From Camelus ferus (taxonomy: Eukaryota), in NCBI RefSeq assembly GCF_009834535.1, contig NC_045696.1, positions 33,978,001 through 34,042,000 of the forward strand: a stretch of 64,000 bases of DNA, in the 5' to 3' direction. Every line of letters starts with the position of its first letter. Within the stretch, counting starts at the first letter, position 1. The position numbers were made by a program, and so were the translations under genes. Positions 54,505 to 64,000 of this stretch are shown here, one piece after another. The notes below the pieces were generated by a model that saw only the letters and a list, made by a program, of their open reading frames with translations, was not told where the DNA came from and did not search any database.

Positions 54505-54885
54505 TGTCTATGGCAGTTTAGCTAGGTTGTAGTACCTGATGATTTAATCAAACACCAATCTCGGTGCTGCTGTGAAGATATTTTATAGATGTGGTTAACA
54601 TCTACAATTAGTTGACCTTAAGAAAAGGAGACTACCCTTAATAATGTGATCAATATAATCCAATCAGTTGAAGGTTTTAAGAGCAAAAACTGAGACTTCA
54701 TAAAAGAAATTCTGCCTCAAGACTGCAAATATCAACTCCTGCCTGAGTTTTCAGTAGGCCAGATGTTTTACAGATTTCAGACTTGGTCCCCACAATGACA
54801 GGAGCCAATTCCTTTAAATACAACACACAAACACATCAACACATTCTATAATTCTATGGGTTTGTTTCTGAACAGAACCCTAAAA
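54505..54885 (+). mobile_element. MLT2-like (ERVL) solo LTR
   Basis: TCAAACACCAATCTCGGTGCTGCTGTGAAGATATTTTATAGATGTGGTTAACATCTACAAT...CAATCAGTTGAAGG...AGCCAATTCCTTTAAATA. Confidence 0.8.
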
Positions 54886-57800
54886 CAGCTATTCATCATC
54901 ATTAGAGTTCAAGATTATTGGCAGCTGGATTATTCTTACTATTTTTAAAAACAATACTTTCCTTCATGTAATATCCCTACCTAGAACTGGAAGATGTAAA
55001 AGGCACAGAAAATACACAACCTATGAGATTATATCAGAATGTTCTGGATTTCAGGATTTAAAAAGAGTTTAAGTTAGATTTTAAAGTAAAATTAGAACTA
55101 AAACTAATGGCGAATAATATAAAACTGAATGTACTAGGGGCATATATTAAATAAATCACAAATGATGTTATATTATATTGAAGATAAAGACCTTCTCCAT
55201 AATCTGCCCATAAATGGTTTAAAAGTTCATACATTAACATGGATAGTGACATATTCCAGATGATCAGATGTGTGATTACTTCTGCTGCTGTCAGCTCCTA
55301 CACAGTATCACATCTGGAGAACTGCAAATCTTTGAGTGGAAAAAGGCAATAGATGCATTCATGATAACACAAGCTTAAGCCAAAATATTACTGTGAAAAG
55401 GGATTTGAAATAAAAAATCAGGCCACCGAAGTTATGATATCCTCCAACCTGACCTTGCAAATATGTGCATAGAATGAACCACCTTCTACAGCTAGTTTTT
55501 CATCTTCCTCCCTGAGTTTTGACTTAAGTCATCTAGATGGTTACTTGAAATATTTTTGCAGTTTCCTCTCAAACTGAAGGTACTGCCAAAGCCCTGCCTA
55601 TGTCACATGTGATTCAAGAAATCCTTTTTGTAGAAACAGAAGATGTCAGAAAGGGAATAAGCATATTTACTGAATGCACATTTATTGTTTGAGGGGAGAA
55701 CTGTTAACATGATCACATTTCTACATCTTGTAAATATTCCATTAGGATATTTTAAAAAGGAACTATTAATAAGAAAATTACTTAAATATTCTCTTTCATG
55801 GTAAACATAATAATTTTTACTATTCTTAATGTGCATATCTACCTAGGTGAACTGGCAGTTTTCAGTCATAAATGATGAGTTAAACACTTGAGAAAACACT
55901 TAAATCATTTCAAAATCAAGGGTGTTTACATAATGTCGTAAGTTGCTTTTAAATTTGGTGGAGTCTACATTTACCTATAATCTCCATCGTAAGTAATATA
56001 GCTAGGTGTTAAAACTTTACAAACCAAGTCAGTATCCAGAATAGCAAATTATACCAGCACTGATCACAGCTTAGAGAGGCAAATTTGTCAAACTGGAGTC
56101 CTTGTATTTCCTAGCACAGGATGTTCAGGATTCAGGAAAGATGACTCTGTTTTCCAAGGTCCCAAGTTTGGTGTTTGCCATCAGGACTTTTACTGGACAT
56201 TCGCTATTGTAGGCAGTCTTGTACTTAAGCCAATCACAGTCACACCTTCCTGTCTTTGAATTATCTATGACCACTAGTTAATCACAATAAGCGTTAATAA
56301 CACACAAGCAGAAAATTTGTCATTATCTTCTCACACCAAGTAACCTGACATCATATAATCAGGCACTTTTCACTAAATTGGTATTCATTTTTGCTAAATT
56401 CCATTCTACCAGTTGGGGTAATCCACGCATCTTCAAACGGTACCCAATTACTCCTACAGAGTGGTTTTTCACTAAGAGATTCTACATCGTGAGGTGTCAA
56501 GGCAGTCTCCAAGTATGGGTTTTGAATTTCAAGTGTGCTGGGATAAGCTGAAGCTTTAAATTCAGACTAAAACCCTCTCTTTAGAGAAGATGGAAAAGGT
56601 ACTTTTAGAAAACTTACATAAAAAGGTAAGTTGTCTAAGGAAATGAAAAAAAAATTATGCTAGGACTTAAATACTCAACAAATTAGCATCATATAGAATT
56701 AGTCACTTCCTGTTGCTCACCAAGCAGATGGCCAGCATGGACCATCCTCTAATGATAAAGCAGCACAGGGCAACAATGTGACTTTTCTCCTCAAAAGGAG
56801 GTTAATACTTTGAATCAATACACAGAATTCTCTATTCAGGTCAAGCAATGTGTTGATAGGTGATAATGTACAGCTTTGCAGCATTTTGGTAGTATGTAGA
56901 AGCATCACAAAGCATTAAATATTTCTGCTATAGAAATCACATGAGATTTGGTTTACATTAGCAAGTCTACAGAAGTTTTAAACATTCTGCTCATTTCTTG
57001 GTTTTGTCAACGTGGGCTCTGTTGCTAATAGAAACTAAGATGAGATTTGTCCTGACACCTTCACTGTTGAATTCTCATAGGGTCAGCTCTGATTTGGGGT
57101 CCTAAAAGCAATAAATAAATTGTAGATTTCCAGGGGTCTACAAGACCTTGTATCTTCCCCCTAACCTGACACTAGTGTATCAGAGATACAAAGCTCACAT
57201 TCATATGACTCCTTTCAGTTTAAGCAATGTTTTGGAAAGGGTCAACCATGCAGTTTTAACCAGAAATTCATTAAGTCACTAGTCCTACTGACCATTTTTC
57301 AGGAAAAGGCCTTTAAGGGAAAAAAGCCTACAACAGGTATTTATTTATTGAATATATTTAATCTTCATACCTAGGCTATTTTAAAAAGGAATGTAAAGGA
57401 GCTTATGCTAAAAGCACTTAAAAATAGACAAAAAAGCACTCCAATAGACAACATGGAGTAAAAAAGAAATATTGAAAGCCATGTAGCAGAAGGAAGGCAT
57501 AGTCTTTGGTCCAGCGAAGATACCTTGATGACAGCACTAATGGAGACAGTGCATTTCTCAAGTATTCAATATTTCAGTGGTGGTCAGTGTGTAACTAGAG
57601 AGCAGCATAAAGGTATAGATTCTACTAAGGGGGGAAGGTCACCAGAAGGGAGTCTAGCAATGCTCAGAAAGTTGACGTGAGGAAACTACTACGTTTATAT
57701 AAACTTGTCAGCTTACACAATTTCACCTTCAGTGTGAATCTGCTTTGCCATTTTTCCTCTATTTATTTTTCTGTCTCAGGAAAAAAGCAGTTAACTTTTG

Positions 57801-58583
57801 TTCAAAAGATGCTGGAGGAATGGGGTGTATGAAAGTTAGAGTCAGTTAGTGAGAGTTAACACTTGATGCTAAAACTTTGGGTTTATTCATCTATTACAAA
57901 ATGTTAAATGACAACTTTCTAAGGTAAAGATCTGTCTTCTTGCCTCCCTCTACAAACACTTAGCATTAAATTGCAAGCTTTTTTTTTTTGCAAGATGATA
58001 CTAATACTTTTGTTCTGATTATTTAAAATTTTTATTTTAAAAGCAGTTTAAAAGTTGTTCATTGTTTAGGTGGTTTCCATAAATACAAGAGGCTATAGAA
58101 AGAAAACTGGAGGAAGAGAGAGAGGCTAGTACTATGAGGTACTCTGACTGCCATGCAGTGATAGACCATTAATTGACTTGGGAAAGAGTGAAAGTGGACT
58201 GAGGGCATGCCTGGTACTGATGAGTAAGCACCAGATAAACTGTATTCTGAATATTCTGTTTGAGAAAGCCGGGAAGTATAGAGAAATTTTATAAAAAATT
58301 CAAACAAAAGAGCTGAGTAAAGACAATTTTAGTGGCTAAAGTTGTAAACGCCTCATTAGAAAGTTTTACAGTTTTAAAAAACTTCACTGAAGGTCTGAAC
58401 TGGACAATTTTATTGCATTTAAAAATGAATCTTTAAAAAATAAAATACAAATTAGGTAAAGTAACTTTATGTACCTCAAATAGCATTCAAGATTGTTTAA
58501 TTTTCTAGCCCCTCCTAGTGCATTTTTATACTATGTCCAACATGTAGATTATTTTGACTCGTAATACTACACTTGCTTCACGT

Positions 58584-58602
58584 ACACCAGCAGGTGGTGC
58601 TA
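58584..58602 (+). promoter_or_regulatory. CTCF-like motif upstream of POU1F1
   Basis: ACACCAGCAGGTGGTGCTA fits the core except one C>T at a CpG position. Confidence 0.5.
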
Positions 58603-59402
58603 CCGCACATCTAGAGCAGGGAAAACAAGGAACTGTTAAAAATTTTTCTGAGGCTGTTGACTATTGTCAGGAAAATAAACTTTTCTCAAAAACAAGTCAT
58701 GTTATTTTTAAAAAGATAACTGTAAATAAAAATTCAAAGCTTGACTTTTGACTTCTGAATCCTTTTATGAATTATACAGATGACTATCTATCTATCTATA
58801 ATGGTTTCTGCAGAAAATCTGAAGTCACATATGACAGAAGTACAAAGAATGCACATTGAATGTGCTTCTAGGACAGATAAGATGAAGGGAAATAGTTGTA
58901 GTTTCTCCTGGTGCTTGGAATAACCCTCAAAATGGTGCTTGTTTAAGACATTCCCAAATGTATTTATTAATTAATATAAAATTATACTCCATGATTAAAA
59001 TGTTTAAAATGAACTCTGAATCATGTGTAAATGTTGTTTGTCTGCATTCTCAAGAGAAATGTAACAACATTTATTTTATTATTTTATTAAAATAACCTTA
59101 CCACTGAAACCATAGATTCATGGGGGAGTATACTTTTAAAACCAAGAAAAGTCATGCTGTATTACAAAGTATTTTCAAAATCTGCAAGGCCAAAGCCTGT
59201 ATTAAACTTGTTTGAAAGCATAAAATTTGCTGAATATCAGCGAGTACATGAGAAAAATAAACTCTACTGAGTGAATACCGGTTAATTAATGCTGTAGCCC
59301 TAAGTACAAAAGAAATAAGATGTAGGTTTTCTGATTTAACATATCCTAGTGAACACTCTAAAACAACCCACTAGAACAGCCCTCCAGATGTGAGCAAAAG
59401 AA

Positions 59403-59590
59403 TCTAGCCTGCCACCTGCTTTGGTAAATATAGTGTTACTGGAAAAAAGTTCTGCTCATTTTTCTGAGTAGTGTCTACAGACATTCCCACACCGTGACAG
59501 CTGAGCTGAGCAGTTGTGACAGATGTACACCAAAAAAATCTAAAAGATTTATTATCTGGCCCTTTACAGAAACAATTTGCCAAACTAGCT
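59403..59590. mobile_element. MER58-like hAT MITE
   Basis: GCCTGCCACCTGCTTTGGTAAATA...ATCTGGCCCTTTACAGAAACAATTTGCC. Confidence 0.75.
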
Positions 59591-60419
59591 CTAAAATACA
59601 AATTTTACGCATTTTTGCCTCCCAAATTACATGAAAAAATTGCATAAGGTACAACGATATTATATGTACAGTTGAGAAATTTGTAATTTCTCCCCATTAA
59701 CCATCATACAAAAACCGAATGAAGCGTCAAAATTCATTAATCAGTAGTGAATTCCTCTGACTTCCAATAATCACAAATAGATACACATGAGGCCCAGAGG
59801 ATACAAACAGTTAAAAGACTCACTTCCCAAGATTCAAGAGTGTACTGTCTTTGTGGAGAGATACTTATAAAAGATAACTAGTCATACAAAGCAACAGAAG
59901 ATAAATTTCAAAGAGAAGGCACAGTCAATAATCGCTCTAGGAATTCAGGGAAGTGAAAGACCATTGTTTAAGGTAACTAAAGTTAGAGGCTGTCTTAACA
60001 ATAACAGTTTTAAAGGTGAGGAGTTAACTTGTTCATAACTAGTCAGATTCACAAAGCTGGCAAGATGAGGAAAGAAAATTCCAGGCAAAGGAAACAGCTT
60101 GAATGATTTTGATGTGTGTCTGTGAATTCACAGCTTGCTGTAGCTTCCCTGTGAATATGTAATATATACTTTAGCTTGGGGGCATTTGTTGGTATTTTAA
60201 CTTATAATGCAAATTTGTGTCCAATTTATAAGGAATAATTCATATAAGAAATACTATATTTTATAGAAATATAATGACTGCATTATGACTGTAAAAACTT
60301 ATAGCTTGTAACTAAACTCTCCTCTTCTGCTTACAAAAAAGAATAACTTCAATTTGGCGAAATATAGTTTGAGTAACATTAGGATAGCTTGTTATACAAT
60401 TTGACCTAATTTTTAAATA

Positions 60420-62406
60420 CAGGCATGTCTCAGAGATGGGGCTGGTTTGGTTCCAGACCATGGCAATGAGGTGAATATCTCAATAAAGTGAGTCACATTT
60501 TTTAATTTTATTTTCCAATGCATATAAAAGTTATGTTTATACTATGCTGAAGTCTAAGTGTGCAATACCATTATGTTCAAAAACACACAGTACACATCTT
60601 AAAGGATACTTTATTGCTTAAAAATGCTAAGCATCATCTAAGTTTTCAGGGAGTTCTAATCTTCTTGCTGGGGAGGGTCTTGCCTTGACGTGAATGGCTG
60701 CTGACTGATCAGAATGGTGGTTGCTGAAGGCTGGAGGGGCTGTGGCATCAGCTAAGTCTGTGCCACATTCTAAATCCTTTGTTGTCATTTCTGCAATCAT
60801 CACAATATCTTCACCATATCTTCACCATGAATAGATTTCATCTCAGGAAAGTACTCTCTGCTCATCCATAACAAGCAACTCCTCATCCACTCAAGCTTTA
60901 TCGTGAGATTGATAAAGCAATTCAGCCACAGGTCAGCCCCTACTTCTCATTCTAGTTCTCTTGCTATTTACACCACATCTGCAGTTACTTCCTCCACTGA
61001 AGTCTTGAACCCCTCAAAGTCATTCATGGGGATTGGAATCAGCTCCTTCCAAACTCCTGTTAATGTTGATACTGTGGCCTCTTCCCATGAATCACAAATG
61101 GTCTTAATGGCATCTAGAAGGGTAAATCCTTTCCAGAGGTTTTCAATTTACTTTGGCTCAGATTCATCAGGGAAAACACTATCTATGGCCTTACAAAATG
61201 TATTTCTTAAATAATAAGACTTAAAAGTTGAAATTATTCTTTGATCCGTGGCTGCAGATGGATGCTGTGTTAGCTGGCATGAGAATGACATTAATCTGGT
61301 TGTACATCTCCATCAGAGCTCTTGGGTGACCAGGGACATTGTGAATGTGCAGGAATATTGAGAAAGAATCTTCTTTTCTGAGCAGTAGTTCTCAAATGTG
61401 AGCTTAAAATATTCAGTAAACCATATTAGAAACAGATGTGCTGTCATCCAGGCTTTGTGGTTCCATTTATAGAGCACAGGCAGAGTAGATTTAACATAAT
61501 TCTTAAGGGCCCTAGGATTTTCAGAATGGTAAATGAGCATTGTCTTCAACTACAAGTCACCAGCTTCATTAGCCCCTAACAAGAGTCAGCCTGTCCTTTG
61601 ACATTGAGACCAGGCATTGACTTCTCTTGGAAGAACTAGATGGTATGTTTGTCCACTATAAGCCTGTTTCATCTACATTGAATTTGTTGTTTAGTGTAGC
61701 CATTTTCATTAATGATCTTAGCTAGATCTTCTGATAACTTCTGCATCAGCACTTGCTGCTTCATCTCGCACTTTTATATTTTGGAGATGGCTTCTTTCCT
61801 TAAATCTCATGAACTAATCTCTGTGAGCTTCAGATTTTTCTTCTGCAGCTTCCTCAGCTTCACAGCCCTGCCATAACTGAAGAGAGTTAAAGCTTTCTCT
61901 GGATTGGGCTTTGTTTTAAGGGAATGTTGTGGTTGGCTTGATCTACCCAGACCACTCAGACCTTCTCTGTATCAGCAATAAGGCTGTTTTACTTTTTTTT
62001 TTTTTTTATCATTCATTTGTTCACTGGAGCAGCATTTTTAATTTTTTTCAAGAACTTTTCCTTTGCATTCTAACTTGGGTAACTGGGTAACTTGGGTAAC
62101 ACAACACTTATTGATTAAGTTCACTGCCTTATATGGGTGGCATGATTCACAGCACCCCAAAACAATTCTAATAGTAACGTCAAAAATCACTGATCACAGA
62201 TCACCATAACAAATACAACAATAATAAAAAAAAGTTTGAAATATTGGGAGAATTACCAAAAGGTGACACAGAGAAGTGAGCAAGTGCTGCTGGAAAAATG
62301 GCACCGATGGACTTGTTTAAAACAGGGTTGCCACAAACAACCAATTTGCAAAAAACATAGTATCTGTGAAGCACAATAAAATGAAATGCAAAACAAGGCG
62401 TGCCTG
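60420..62406 (-). mobile_element. Tigger1 DNA transposon, both ends present, internally deleted, transposase disrupted
   Basis: Termini TA-CAGGCAT... and ...GTGCCTG. ORF 61313..61549 ([36 protein letters not shown]) is Tigger/pogo DDE transposase sequence; surrounding frames are broken. Confidence 0.92.
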
Positions 62407-62663
62407 GACCTTCCTGTGCCTGCCTGTACCAGGCACGACCATGTATTATCTGAGCATATCAAAAGAGACAATTCAAGGGAATAGAGTTTGCTAATGAAGA
62501 AGAGAGTACAGTAAAATCTATTTTATTTTCAACTTAATTCATGTGCTTTAATTTCAAGGGCCACAATTGTTAGGAACATTCAAGAGGTTGGTAAAATGTG
62601 TAATGAATTATTATTGGAGTGAAATTATGGCATTTCAATTTTTTAAATGCGGATTTATGTTAC

Positions 62664-63092
62664 TCTTGGTTTGCAATCTTGGAAGTTCCCCAGGAGGGTA
62701 CTGGCCCCTGTACATGGAGGGTAGGGAGAGACAGAAGAAAGAGGCAAATCATTTCAGACTGGTAGGTGGCAGTTTAATAAGCAAGGGAACTTATATGCAA
62801 AAGAGGTTTGTCTGAGTGGGTGCAAGATGGGTAGATCTTGGCACCTGCCTTCCAGAATCCATATATAAAGGTTTATATAGAGGATTTAAAACTGGGTTCA
62901 GTCACATAAACCATCCAGGTGGTCTCAACAACAAATGACTTTTTCAAGTTTATGTCCTTGAAGCAACTCCTAGTGTGGAAAAGGTGGGCAGAACTTACAT
63001 CCTAAGACAGGGGAGGGGGTGAGGAACCTCTGATTGCCCAGGGCAAGTTCAAGGGTCAAAGGGCAGTCACATCTTGATGACCTTCTCCAACA
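62664..63092 (-). mobile_element. Solo ERV LTR with 5-bp TSD
   Basis: Ends TCTTGG...CCAACA, flanked by GTTAC at 62659-62663 and 63093-63097. TATA-like and ATTAAA motifs on the - strand. Confidence 0.7.
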
Positions 63093-63659
63093 GTTACAAA
63101 TTCAAAGGAAAAGGAACATGTTAAAAACATATTAAATGCTGCTTTACTGGGGTAGAGTGGAAGTCCTGGGCAGTTTTGATTGCTTTATGCTTTGCTCACT
63201 TTAGAATACACTTTAAGGATTTCCTTAGATAAAACTGAAATTAAGAAGAGAAAATACCTCTGTTTTAAAGTTAGCTCTGTGACAGTTTCAGAGTATGGAT
63301 ACAGAGGAAAACATGAGCAAGATGATTTTGGAGTACAGCAATTATAGGCCTAAGTAGAATATTAGAAGAAGGAAAATTTAATTAAATTCAACAACATGTC
63401 AATTATGTGGCACTGTAATAGGTTATGTTTAACAAAAAATAAAATTTTTTTGTGAAATTAGATCAATTGGTCTTAAAATGTTTTAAAAACATTTTGATTT
63501 GTTAAAGAACTAAAAATCTGGAACATTATGCAAAGTCTTGTAGATGATTCAAGATCATTGTTATGAACATCAGTTACCTCCACCTCATTAGGCCTTAGTA
63601 GTCATATTTACCACTCCAGTATTGTCCACAGATTTGGCCCATCTGTGGGATTTGTCCTG

Positions 63660-64000
63660 CTGTAGGTACATGGGGATTATTCTTGACTTCTGTCCTCTGC
63701 GTATGACCTTGCAGTGACTTCTAGTCTGAGATGCAGTGCCCTGTCCCATGCATGTTAGGTTTGGTCAAACAACTTGTTCTGGCAAGTGCAATATGGTAGG
63801 TCTCATGAGGTCCTAACAAATATTGTCTATTTCTACTTGCTTTCTTATGCTATTATTATCTATCAAAAGAGGAATGCACCCTGGATAGCTGCTGGTCCCA
63901 GAATGAGACCTGTAGAGAACACTGGAACCCAGTCCACAGCCTGAAGCCCAGCCCAGCTGACCCACAGCATGAAGCAGAGCTGTCCTGGCTGCCCCATAGA
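63660..64000 (+). mobile_element. Old MaLR (MLT1-type) LTR fragment, runs off the window
   Basis: TGACCTTGCAG...GGTTTGGTCAAACAACTTGTTCTGGCAAGTGCAAT...TAGCTGCTGGTCCCAGAATGAGAC...GAAGCAGAGCTG. Confidence 0.6.

Noticed and set aside
60903..61549. Functional or domesticated TIGD1-like transposase gene
   Set aside because: Only a 78-aa fragment is open; neighbouring sequence has stops, frameshifts and deletions.

Overview
Mammalian genomic DNA, AT-rich and repeat-rich, most likely from a camelid, judged by two tRNA-derived Vic-1-like SINEs. It covers the conserved tail-to-tail CHMP2B / POU1F1 locus. On the + strand are CHMP2B coding exons 2-6 (7913-19369; exon 1 is not in the window) and a 3' UTR to about 20950. 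On the - strand is the complete POU1F1 (Pit-1) gene: six coding exons (40094-25125) that join into an 876-nt CDS (291 aa), an intact 78-nt Pit-1beta extension of exon 2, a TATA promoter with autoregulatory Pit-1 sites, and about 24 kb of upstream DNA. That upstream DNA holds a probable ortholog of the -10 kb Pit-1 enhancer (DR4 element plus Pit-1 sites), a perfect CRE and a CTCF-like motif. The remainder is L1, L2, MIR, LTR and DNA-transposon relics plus microsatellites. Repeat family names are from recognition, not a database search. I found no new protein-coding system. The most novel candidates are a + strand cluster of splice signals inside POU1F1 intron 2 (possible antisense transcript), uORFs in the POU1F1 leader, and the enhancer/CTCF layout.
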